Shown piece after piece: positions 23,224 to 38,545 of a stretch of DNA of 64,000 nucleotides. Each line of letters opens with the position of its first letter. Position 1 is the stretch's first letter. A program made the translations under genes and the position numbers. The stretch is from Scenedesmus sp. PABB004 (lineage: Eukaryota). Below the pieces are notes generated by a model. The model was not told the origin of the DNA, did not search any database, and saw only the letters and a list, made by a program, of their open reading frames with translations. The stretch lies in contig JABVCE010000021.1 of the NCBI GenBank assembly GCA_014905635.1, forward strand, positions 558,001-622,000. Reading direction: 5' to 3'.

Positions 23224-25850
23224 TCAGGCGGGCGCCGTCGTGGCGGCGAGGGCGTTGTTGATCTCGCCCAGCACGTTGACGCGGCGCCCGCCAAACGCCT
23301 TTGACAGCGCGGCCTCGGCCCCGCCTTGACGCGCCGCGTGCGGTCCACGACCTCGGCCAGCTGCGCGCGGCGGCGGCGCGTGGGCCGCGCGCGGCGCGGC
23401 GCGGCGCGGCGGGCGCCTGCAAGCCCCGGCGCGGCGCGGCGCGGCGCACCTTGGGCTGCAGGCCGACGAGCGTCGCGCGCGCCTCCTGCTTGCGCGCCTG
23501 CGTCTCGGCCGCGGCCGCGAGCATCTTTGCCTCCTGCCCCGCCTTGCGCTGCAGGCTGCTCTGCAGCCGCTCCATGTACCTGCCGGCGGCGGCGCCGGCG
23601 GCGCAGCGTGGCGCGCATCGGCGCGGCGCCGCACGCGACCAGAGCCGCCGCGGCCCGCTGCTGCGTCGCCCCAGCCCCGCACGGCTCGCCGGGCCGCCCT
23701 GCGCCGGGCGCGCCCCGCCGCTCGCCCGCCCCCCGCCGCCGGCGCGCCGCACCGCGCGGAGCTCGAAATCATGAGCAGCTGGCGCAGCCGCTCGTCCGTG
23801 AGGCCGGCGAGCACGCGGCTCACGCCCGCCAGCAGCGCGTCGACGTCGCGCGCGTCGGTGCCCGCCACGAGCGGCGGCGCGAGCGCGCGCAGCAGGTCGC
23901 CGCTCGCGCTCGCGGCGCCCAGCCCCGCCCGCCGGCTGAGCAGGAAGGCCCGGAGCTCCTGCAGGTCGTCCAGCAGCTGGCTGCGGTACTCAGCGTCGCG
24001 CTGCAGCCGCTCCGCCGCCGCGTCGCCGCCGGCGCCGTCGCCGGCGCCCGCTCCCGCGTCCGTGTCGCCGCCGCCGCCCGCGTCGCCGCCCGCGTCGCCG
24101 CCCGCGTCGCCGCCCGAGCCCCAGTCGATGGCGGGCGCGGCGGCGGCGCTGGCGCTCTCGCCCGCGCCCTCCACGTCGATGCCGGTGAGATCGATGTCCC
24201 AGTCCAGGCTGGGCCCGGCACCCGGCGCCGCGGGCGCCGCGCCGGCGTCGCCCGCCTCCACCTCCAGGCCGCCGAGGTCCCAGCTGATGCCGCCGCCGGC
24301 GGCGTCGCCGCCGCCGCCGGCCGCCGCGGCGTCGCCCAGGTCCCAGCTGATGCCGCCGCCGCCGCCGTCGCCGGCGCCGCTGCCCCAGTCGACGCCGCCG
24401 CCGGCCGCGGGCTCGCCCCAGTCGATGCCGCCGCCCCGCCGCCGGGCCGCTGCGTTGTTCGCGGCCGCCGCCGCCGCGTCGTCGCCGGGCTCGTGCCGCG
24501 CGGTGCGGCCCTCGCGCACCTCCAGCAGCACGGGCAGCACGTCCGGCAGCGCCTGCTGCGCACCCGCGGCCGACGCCGGGGGGGCCTTGCCCGCGTCGGG
24601 GCCGTGGGCGTAGGCGGTGAACGCTCGATAGTACTCCACCGCCCGCCCCAGCTCCTCGCAGCGCAGGTCGGCGACGAGCCCACCAAACAGGCCCGGCAGC
24701 TGGCTCCCGAGCGCGCGCAGCTCGGCGCCGACGCTCGCGCCGGCGATGCCCAGGCGCTCGCACTCCTGCGCGGCGCGGCGCGGCGCGGCGCGCGGCGTCG
24801 CCGCGGGCGCGCCAGGCGCGGCACGCGGCGGCGCGCGGCGGCGCGCGGCGGCGTGCGCGCCTTTTTGTAGTTTGCGGCGCAGGCCGACGCGCTGCGAGTG
24901 TACTCGGCGTGCCGCCGGTCGGCGTCCGCCATCTGCTGCCCGCACTTGGCCATCTGCGATGCGCGCGCGCGCGCGGGCGGGGCGGCGGCGGCGGGGTAGG
25001 ACAGCGGCGGGCGGCGCGCCGCGTGGGGCGCCCGCCTGCGCACGGCACGTGGCGCCAGCCGCGCACGTGGGCTGGCGGCCGGCTGCCACAGCGCCTACCT
25101 GCTTGCGCATGTAGGGAATCTCATAGTCCACGTTGGTCACCAGCGTGGCCGCCGCCTCGCCCACAAACACGCCTGCGCGGTGCCACGGCGAGCGCGCCGC
25201 GTCGGGCGGGGCGAGGGAGGGGTGCGCCCCGCCCGCCGGCGCGCGCGCCGCGCGCGTGCCGCCGCGCACCGCCGGCCTCGTAGGCCTTGACGATCTTGTC
25301 CCACACGCCCGCCTGGCCGCCGAGGCCGCCAAACAGCGTGCGCTCGCCGCTCTCCGCGAGCTTGTCGCGCACGGCGAGCGCGCTGCGGCGGCGGCGGCCG
25401 GGGCGGGGCGCGGACGGTCGGCGGGGCGCTGCCGTCTGCCTGCTGGCCGGCCCGGCAGGCAACGCGCAGCGCAGCGCAGCGCAGCGCACCGGAAGTAGTC
25501 GAGCGGCGCCTCTGCGCCGCCCGGCAGGCCCGCGAGCAGCCCCGCCGGCAGCTCCTTGGCCGCCTCGGCCGCCTTGGCCTGGATCGCCTGCAGCCGCTTG
25601 TGCCAGTCGGCGGGCAGCTTCTGGCGCGCCACCTGCGGCGGCGGCGCGAGGCGGCGGCGGGGTGGCGCGCCGGCTTGCGGCGGCGCACGCTGCGGCAGCG
25701 CGAGCGCGGCGCACGCTGCGGCGGCCGGCCGGGCCGCACCAGCCACTCCGCGAGCTTCTGGTAGTTGATGTCGATCGGAAGCTCCGCGTCGGCGTTGGGG
25801 CGGTCATAGCCCTCGCCCGTCTTGCGCGCCACCTGCGGCGGCGCCGCCAT
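23224..25850 (-). CDS. CDK5RAP3: CDK5RAP3/C53 (UFMylation-linked ER-phagy receptor)
   Basis: ELPIDINYQKLAEWL|VARQKLPADWHKRL, VFVGEAAATLVTNVDYEIP, central IDWG/ISWD repeats, EYRSQLLDDLQELRAFL and C-terminal LSKAFGGRRVNVLGEIN. Seven introns. Confidence 0.93.
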
Positions 25851-26268
25851 CGCGGCGGACCGCCGGGCGCCGCACGGCCTGGAGCGGCCGCCCCGAGCGG
25901 CCGCTGCCGGCGAGGCACGGAGGCACGGAGGTGCGGAAGCGCTGGGAGGCCGCTGCGACCGCGCCCGGGCGCTGGAGCGGCCGCGCGGCAGCGGTTGGCG
26001 TGCTCGACAGCGGCGGCCGCGGCGGCCTGCGCGGGCGCGGCGAGCGGAGCAGTGGCTGGCGGTGCGAGCGAGCGTGGTGGAGGCCAGAACGTCGCGAGCT
26101 GAGCAGGCACAAAGCCCTGCGCCGCCGCGACGCCGCGGTCTGAGCGTCCACGCGGCGCAGGCGGCAACCCCCGCATGCACACCCCCTCCACACAACCGCC
26201 AGATGCGCGTCACGCACGGCCGGACCCAGGCAATGCGCGCCAGGGGCTGAGCGCTGCTTGCTGTTGGC

Positions 26269-27103
26269 ATGGGCGACGCGCTCGCGGACGCCGCAGCGGC
26301 GGCGCTGAAGGACTGCCCGCGCTACGCCCTGTTCGACGCGTCGGGCGAGCTGCTGGCGAGCAACTACCAGGTGCGGCGGCGGCAGCGGCGGCGGCAGCGG
26401 CAACAGCGGCGGCGCCCGCGCAGCGGCCGACCTGGGGCCCGCGCCGCCGCCGCAGCCATCGCCGGCCGAGCTCGCGGCGCTGGCCAAGCTGCTGGACGAC
26501 CGGGACGCGGCCATCAAGGGCGGCATGGCCATCGACGGCACGCGCTACGAGGTGGGCGCCGCGCGGCCGTGCAGCGGCGCCGCAGCGGCAGCGGCGGCAG
26601 CGGCGGGCGGCGGCGGCAGCGGCAGCGGCGGCAGCAGCAGGCGGCGGCGGCAGCGGCGGCAGCGGCGGCAGCGGCAGCAGCAGCTCGTCCGGCTCGGGCA
26701 GCTTCAGCGGCGGCGGCGCCGTGCCTGGTGCGCGCGCCGTGCGAGCCGTGCGGCGCCGCGCCGTGTGTGGCGCAGGTGCACCGGTTCCACCCGCCGCTGG
26801 CGTACGGCCGCTCGATGGGCTGCGCGCCCGAGAGCAGCGTGGGCGCCGCGCTGTGCCGCGTGGAACCGGGGCGCACGGGGCGGCCCTGCTTTGGGGCCAT
26901 CACCTACGCGTGAGCGCGCCACCGCGGCAGCTGGCGGGCGGCAGCTGGCCGCGGCGGCGGCGCCCGGGGCGCCCAGCGCCCTGCGCCGCGCGCCTGACGC
27001 GCTGCCGCCCGCCCGCCCGCCCTCCCGCAGCATGCCCAACCTGTCGGCGCGGATGGTCCCGATCCTGCAGCAGCTCTGCGAGCAGCAGCTCAGAGCGCAG
27101 TGA
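26269..27103 (+). CDS. Divergent profilin-like protein (about 135 aa, 4 exons)
   Basis: YALFDASGELLASNYQ|PSPAELAALAKLLDDRDAAIKGGMAIDGTRYE|VHRFHPPLAYGRS...FGAITYA|MPNLSARMVPILQQLCEQQL*. The A.S.F..S..E and G..I.G.KY spacing is profilin-like. Confidence 0.6.
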
Positions 27104-27645
27104 GCGCGCCGGGCGGCGGTCGGCGGCTGCAGCAGCAGCGGCAACACAATTCGGGCCGGCGGGGGGTCGGTGGGGTCAGCCACCGCTGACCGGGGGAGGG
27201 GTCTGGCCGGGCCTGGCGCGGCGGCTTCAAATGTTCCCTCTTTCTGCACGCGCGCTGGTAAGGCGCCGCCTGCTGCTGGTGCTGACGTGCTGGTGCTGCA
27301 AGGTGTGTGCCAGCTCGCGCTGCGAGATGGCAGGCAGCTCCCCAGTGCGCGGGCGCGCGGCGGCGCTGCAGGCGTATTGCCACATTGGGACCCATGTGGG
27401 CGCGGCCAGGTCAGCATCAATTTACCAGACCATCCACGCCAGCTCGCGCCGATCGCCGGGAGCTGTGCCGCGGGCAGCGCCGGCGTGGCTGCGGGCGCAG
27501 GCGGGGCTGGCGGGCGAAAGGTTTTTGGGCGCTCGTTGAGCGCTCATGGCGCCGCGCCCCGGCCCCCCGCCCCACTCCCGTGCTGCGCCACTGCTCCCGA
27601 GCACCCCTAGCAGCACCCCGACCCGACCCGACCCAGCACCGCGCC

Positions 27646-28696
27646 ATGGCGACCTGCTGCGAGGCCCATGCGGTCGACCCCATCCCCCGCACGGCCTCCG
27701 CGGCCGTGAACCTGGCCCACCTGAACGAGTGCTGCAAGAAGCACGACGACGAGGACACCTCGGGTGCGCCAGCGCCCTGGGCGCGCCGGCGCAGGCTCGG
27801 GCTAAGCGCTTAGCCCCGGTCGCTCCGGGGCCGTGCATTGCGCCTTTTTCGCACGCCCGAGCGCCTGCGATCCGCCTGACGTTGCCTGCCTCGCCGCCCG
27901 GCCCCGCCGCGCTCGCCCCGCGCTCGCAGGCATCAGCCACCCCCACGCGGCCTTCATGGAGCGCGCCATCTACCTGAGCCGCGTGGCCGGCCTGGAGAAG
28001 CGCACCGGTGCGGCCCGGCGCGCGCCGGCGGGCTGGGGGCGGCCCTGGCGGGCGCTGGCGGGCTCGGGCCAGCCGGCCCGCTCCTCGCGCCGGGCGCGCC
28101 TGCCGCGCCGCGGCGAGCACCTCGTCAGCTGGCCCTGACCCGCCCGCGCTCCCTCGCGCGCAGGCGGCTGCTTCGGCGCCGTGGTGGTCAAGAACGGCAA
28201 GATCGTGGGCGAGGGCTACAACAACGTGATCAGCCACAACGACCCCACCTGGTGCGCGCCAGCCGCCGTGCTCCCCGCGCCGCCGCCGAAGACGCCGCGC
28301 CGGCCCCCGCCGCGCCGCCGCCGCCGCCGCGCCGCGCTGCGCCAACGCCCACGCGCTGCGCTGCGCGCCGCGCGCAGGCACGGCGAGGTCGGCGCGATCC
28401 GCGACGCGAGCGCGCGCCTCGGCACGCCGCACCTGCGCGGCTGCGTGCTCTACACGAGCAGCGAGCCCTGCCCCATGTGCATGGGCGCCGTGTACTGGGC
28501 GCGCATCGACAAGGTCTTCTACGCGACGACGGCCAAGGACGTCAAGGAGCACGGCCGCTTCGAGGACGAGGACTTTTACCAGGAGTTTGCCAAGCCCCCC
28601 GCCGACCGCAACATCCCGGCCATCGAGTTCATGCGCGACGAGGCGGTCAAGGTCTGGGAGGAGTTTGGCCAGCTCCCCGACCGCTGCCACTACTGA
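27646..28696 (+). CDS. Guanine/guanosine deaminase (cytidine-deaminase fold, GuaD/GSDA type)
   Basis: GGCFGAVVVKNGKIVGEGYNNV..NDPTW|HGEVGAIR, LYTSSEPCPMCMGAVYWARI, F.D..FY.E and a terminal Tyr. Zn motifs HxE and PCxxC. Three GT-AG introns. Confidence 0.9.
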
Positions 28697-29057
28697 GCCG
28701 CCCGCGGCAGGCCGCCGCCGCCGCGCGCGCGCGCGCGCGCCCCGCACGCCGCGCCGGCGCCAGCGCCGGTGCTGCGCGGGGCGCGGGGGCGCGCCGCGGG
28801 GCGGGGACGGGACGGGCGGACGCGGGGCGGGGCGGGGCGGGGCGCGCGCGGCCGGCGACTTTGCCGCCGCGCGCGCCGCGCCCGTCGCCGCCGCACGCGC
28901 GCCGAGCGCCGCGCGCGCGTCGTGTGCTCTGCTGGGCACGGGGCTGGCGCCGCGCGCTGGTCGGTGGGCGCGCGGGAGCGCGTGTACGCTGCGTGCTTGC
29001 TTGGTTGTACCAACAGCCCCTCTCTCGAGATGTGGTGGTTGTGTTTTGATCTGCACA

Positions 29058-29423
29058 GGCGGTGCGACGGCCGCCGGCTCACTGCGTTTTCGGGGGCATC
29101 CGTGGTGCGACTGCCACGCAGCACACCGGTCGTTTAGGTCGGGGCTTCACTCCGTGGCGCGCGCGCGCGCGCGCGCGGCACGCGGCAGGCTTAGGCAGCA
29201 GTGGCGGCGCTCCGCTCCGCGCCCCCTTTGCCGCGGCCGGAGCGTTCGACCCCAGAACTGCGGGGGGCGTCCGCAGGACGAGCGAGCACTGCTGAGCGCT
29301 GAGAAATGAACCGGGTGCGACTGCCCGGATCCGGGTGCGACTGCCCGAGCGAGCGTGCGGGTGCGACTGCCTGGCACATATAAGCAGCGGGTGCGACTGC
29401 CCGCAGTGGGTGCGACAGCCCAC
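29058..29423 (+). repeat. Array of seven stem-loops sharing the core GG-TGCGACNG-CC
   Basis: Copies at 29058, 29101, 29311, 29332, 29355, 29387 and 29406. Each has self-complementary flanks and is separated from the next by a unique spacer. Confidence 0.85.
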
Positions 29424-29831
29424 GCCTCCTCCTCCAACCAAACCCCATTGCATGCATTCCCTTTTCCCTTCAGTGAGACAGGCCCGCGGGGCGCTGCGCG
29501 CGCCGTGTCTTCTTGACGGCGCGCGCCGCCGCCCCGCGCGGCGACGCGGCCGCGGAGTGCGCGCGGCGGGCCGCGGGCGAGAGCCCCGCCCGCCGGCGCC
29601 GCACGTGCATGCGCAGGGACACACGCCCGCCGGCCGCGCAGCGCCGCCGCCGCCGCCGCGTGTGAAGCGGTGGCGGCGGCGGGCGCCGCGCGGCGCGGCG
29701 GGCAGGCGGGCGGTTGACAGCACCGCCGCCCGCCGCGGGCTGGCCGACAGCACCGCCGCCCGCACCTCACCACACCCCCAAACACACACGCGCGCGAGCG
29801 GAAGTGCGTTGCTCGTGATACCACACCCGCG

Positions 29832-29836
29832 TGTAA
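29832..29836 (+). terminator. Possible TGTAA poly(A) signal
   Basis: First TGTAA I see downstream of the deaminase stop. A TGTAC variant near 29006 is an alternative. Confidence 0.3.
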
Positions 29837-30464
29837 ACATGAACTTCAAAGCGCGGACCGAGCGGCGTCAGTGCGGCGCAGCGAGCGAGCTGTCAGCTGA
29901 GCTGAGGGCGGGCTGCAGCCGCGGCGGTAGGCAGCAAGGCGCACGCGCACGCCGCGGCAGGCAGGCGCGCTGCGGCGCTGGCTCTCGCGCTCGCCGGGCA
30001 CGCGGGGCATGTGTTGGGAGTTGCACAGCGGCGGCGGCGGCGGCTGCTCGCCCCACCCGGGCGCGAGGTGCGTGGCGCCGTCGCTGCGGGAGCGGCACAC
30101 GGCGATTGCCCGATTGCCCGCAAACACGCGACCAAGCGACACACGCGACGCGGCGCCGACAGACAACACACACCTCCGCCGCGGCCCCACCACCATCCGC
30201 CGTTGATTGATTGGACAAGCGCCGCCGTCGATCTGATTGATTAATCTGGTTGATTGGGGGAGCCCGGCCGGGAGGACCACGCGGTCCCGCCACACGAGGG
30301 CGCAAAAAGGCAAGTGCACTTCTGCCGCACGCCCCAGTTCCGCCGCCGCCAGTACGAGAGGAGTAGTAGTTGACCAGCGGGCCGCGCGGCGCGCGACACG
30401 CAGCGCACAGCGCCCGCCGCCGCCTTGCCGCGCGCGCGCGCGTCGCGCGCCGACGCCGGCGCGC

Positions 30465-34787
<4,323 letters not shown>

Positions 34788-34886
34788 TCAGATGGCCCGC
34801 ACGTGGCCGTTTGGCGTCGACCGCCCGCGCCGCGCCGCCCCGACCTGCTCAGAGCCCGTGGCCGCGCTCCTCGACCGCGTGTGACC

Positions 34887-37224
34887 ATGGCCGCCCTCAC
34901 GCAGCACAGTAGGGTTGTGCTGCCGCAGCAGGCGGCCTGCCCGCGGCTGGCGGCCGCCGCGGGCTGCCGGCGGCCGCGCAACGGGCGCGTGGCGGTCCCG
35001 GTCGTGGCGGAGGCCCGCGCCAGCGCGGCCTGGGGCGCGCCGCGCGCGCTGCGGCCGCTGCGCGCGTCCCGGCGAGGCAGCGTGGCCGTGGCAGCCGCCG
35101 CGGCCTACCCGTTCAAGAAGAAGGACGCCCGCCTGGTGCTGGAGGACGGCTCGGTGTGGCCGGGCACGGCGTTCGGGGCCACGGGGACCGAGGTGGGGGA
35201 GGTGGTCTTCAACACCTCCATCACCGGCTACCAGGAGATCATGACCGACCCCAGCTACAAGGGCCAGTTCGTGTGCTTCACCCACCCCCACATCGGCAAC
35301 GTGGGCATCAACGACGGTGCGCCGGCGCCCAGCGCGCGCGCGGCGGCGGCGGCGGCGGCAGCCGGCGGCGGCGGCCGGCGGCGGCAGCGGCGGCAGCAGC
35401 AGCGGCAGCAGCAGCGCCAGCAGCAGCGCCAGCAGCTGCGGCGGCAGCTGCGGCGGCAGCACACGCACGCGCCGCCTCGCGCCGGCCCGCCGCCCCCGCC
35501 GACCCGCGCGCGCCCGCCCCGGTGGCCGCGCCAGACGACGAGGAGAGCGGCGCGTGCCACCTGGGCGGCATCATCGTGCGCGACCTGTCGATCGTGGTGT
35601 CCAACTACCGCAGCGTGATGTCGATCGAGGACTACTGCAAGAAGCACGGCGTGATGGGCATCGCCAACCTCGACACGCGCGCGCTCACAAAGGTGCTGCG
35701 CGAGACGGGCTGCCTCAACGGCGTCATCACCACCGGTGCGCGACCGGCTCGCCCCGCTGGCAGCTGCGGCGGCAGCGACGGGGCCGGCGGCGCGGGCGGC
35801 GGCGGGAGCAGGAGCCGGCGGCCCGCGGGCGCCGCGCGGCCGGCGGCTGAGCGCTGCCGCCGCGCTTTGCTCGCGCGGGTCTGCGCGCGCAGACGCGTCG
35901 AAGAGCACTGAGGAGCTGGTGGCGATGACCAAGAACTGGACCATCGTGGGCAAGGACCTGCTGAGCGTGGTGTCCTGCAAGGAGCCGTACGAGTGGCGCG
36001 ACTCGACGCTCTCCGAGTGGGAGTTCAGCGACGGCGCCAAGGCGACGGCGGGCGGCAAGCGCTTCAAGGCGCGGCGCCCGCGGCGGCGAGCGCGCGGCGC
36101 GGGCGGCGCGCGGGCTGGCTGCTGGGGTGGCAGCAAGCGGCAGCGGCGGCACACGCGCGCCCTCACGCCCGCCCCGCGCCCGCCCGCCCGCCCGGCCACA
36201 CCCACACCCGCCCACGCCCGCGCACGGCGTCCCTCCTGCCACGGCAGGTCGTCGCGTATGACTTTGGCATCAAGCTCAACATCCTGCGCCGCCTCGCGTC
36301 GTTCGGGTGCGACGTTACGGTCGTGCCCGCGACCTACCCCGCTGACAAGGTGCTCGCGATGAACCCCGACGGCGTCTTCTTCAGCAACGGCCCGGTGCGT
36401 GCGTGCGTGGGAGGGAGAGGGCCCCGGCCGCGCGCGCGGCGCGTGTTTGCCTGCGTGTGTGTGTGTGGGGGGGGGGGGTGTTATTCAGCAACGGCCCGGT
36501 GCGTGGGAGGGCGGCGGCCGCGCATCGAGGGACGGGGCGGGCGAGGCAGGGGAGGGGAGAGGGTGGAGGGACGGGCAGGCGAGAGGGGCAGGGGGCCCGC
36601 GGCGGCGCTGAGCGCGCCGCGTGCGTGCCGCGTTCGCCCCCGCAGGGCGACCCGTCGGCTGCGCCGTACGCTGTCGAGAACGCCAAGGCCATCCTGGGCA
36701 AGAAGCCGGTCTTTGGCATCTGCATGGGCCACCAAATCCTGGGCCAGGCCTTTGGCGGCAAGACCTTCAAGCTCAAGTTTGGCCACCACGGCGGCAACCA
36801 CCCGATCCGCTACAACCCCACCGGTGCGCGCCCCGCGCGCCCCGCGAGCGCCCTGCACGCTCCGCCTCCACCCTGCTGCCCCCCGGCCCCACGCCCACCC
36901 ACCCACCCACCCACACCCACACCCCACCCACCCACCCACCTCACACCCACCCACCCACGCACCCGCGCGCGCGCAGGGCGCGTGGAGATCAGCGCGCAGA
37001 ACCACAACTTTGCGGTCGACCCCGCGAGCCTGCCCGAGGGCGTGGAGGTGACGCACATCAACCTCAACGACGGCACCTGCGCGGGCATGGTCTGGCCCGC
37101 GGCCAAGGCGATGACGATCCAGTACCACCCCGAGGCCAGCCCCGGCCCGCACGACGCGGACGTGTGCTTCGAGCAGTTTGTCGACATGATGCGCGCAGAG
37201 GTCGGCAGCGCCGTCGCGGCGTGA
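34887..37224 (+). CDS. carA: Carbamoyl-phosphate synthase small (glutaminase) subunit, plastid-targeted
   Basis: [61 protein letters not shown] (catalytic Cys), FGHHGGNHP and [12 protein letters not shown]. Five introns. Confidence 0.97.
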
Positions 37225-37725
37225 GCGCGCCGCGCGACACGAGGGCGGCGGCGGCGCCGCCGCGGCGCGCGGCGCGCGGCGCGCGGCGCGGGCCGGGCAG
37301 CCGAGAGGGCTGCGCCGGCGCCGCGCGGGCCACAGGGCGGCTGGTTGGCCGGCCGTCGGGGAGGCGCGCAAACCCCCGCTCAGCACTTGGGGAGGCGGCG
37401 CGCCCGCAGGCGCTGTGTACAATGGCGGGCCGCAGGAGCAGGGGGCGCGGGCGTGGGCGGGCTGGCGCGACCGCGGCCGGGGGGGGGGGGGGGCGCGTGA
37501 AACGATTACTCGTTGGTTGGGTTGGGCCGCGCGCGAGGCGCGCGCCCCGCAGCAGCACCGCCGCCGCCGGTCACCCGGGTCGCTCGCTCAGCCACCGCCG
37601 CAGCAAAAGAGAGGGGGCAGTGCAGCAAACGCGATGGCACGACAACAACAAAAAAACGGGCGCTTGCACCGGCCAGCGGCCCCTCGCTCAGTCTGCCTGT
37701 CGTCGACGCGCCCACCGGCCGCCGC

Positions 37726-38512
37726 TCACGCCGCCAGCAGCCGCCGGCCGCCGGGCTTTGCCGCCAGAGCCACCTTGCCCGCCGCAGGCGCCGGCTGCGC
37801 CTTGGCCGCAGTTGTGGTTGCCGGCTGCGCCTTGGCCGCCGCCGCGGGCGCCGGCTGCGCCTCGGCCGCCGCCGCGGGCGCCACCGGCTGTGCCTTGGCC
37901 GCCGCCGCGGGCGCCGATTGCTGCACGTCAGCGGCCGCCGCGGGCGCCGGCTGCGCCTTGGCCGGCTTGCCGCTGGGCGCCGGCGCCGCGACGATGCCGA
38001 CGGTCTTTGCCCACAGCGCCGCGTCGCGCTTGCCCAGCTCGTACATGCCTAGAATGCTTGTGTCGTCGGCGGGGCTCAGCGCCCAGTCGTTCCATTGCTC
38101 TGGCGGGCCAGCGCGGCGCGGCGGGGTGAGCTGCGCTGCGCGCGCCGCGCGCGCTGCGCAGCCGCCCGGCGCGGCGCCGCCGGCGCTCACGTTGGCTGAA
38201 TGGCATGTGGTTGAACACGCCGGGCGCGATGTCCACGCCCTTCTCCGCCGCCAGCGCCAGCAGCGCGGGGTCGACCTTGCCGTCGCCGCCGGTCGGCGTG
38301 ATCGCTGGCGGCGGCGCGGCGCCGCCGTCGGCCGCCGCGGCGCCGTCGCCCGACGCGGCGTCGCCCATGCGGCCGAGGAGGGAGAGCACCGAGCCGATGC
38401 CGCGCGGCATGGGCCACGAAGGGTTGCGGCTCGACACGCGGATGCAGACCTTGACGCCCGGCGGGCAGGGTTGGGCGAGCGTGTAGCCGCCGTCAAACGC
38501 CGGCATGCCCCT

Positions 38513-38545
<33 letters not shown>

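Noticed and set aside
25624..25843. 20-nt repeat GCGCGCCACCTGCGGCGGCG at the C53 start and at its first acceptor
   Set aside because: Low-complexity sequence plausible by chance. It only leaves the exact start codon slightly uncertain.
29311..29423. CRISPR-like repeat-spacer array
   Set aside because: Repeats are only about 14 nt, spacers are 5-16 nt and irregular, there are no cas genes, and the context is eukaryotic.
29058..29423. Guanidine-II (mini-ykkC) riboswitch
   Set aside because: That class needs ACGR tetraloops. These loops are TGCGACNG, so only the tandem-hairpin layout is similar.
29287..29475. CACTG...CAGTG ends with AG flanks, suggesting a non-autonomous CACTA/EnSpm element
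   Set aside because: Only 5 bp of inverted match, and two hairpin copies lie outside it. Kept only as an alternative explanation.
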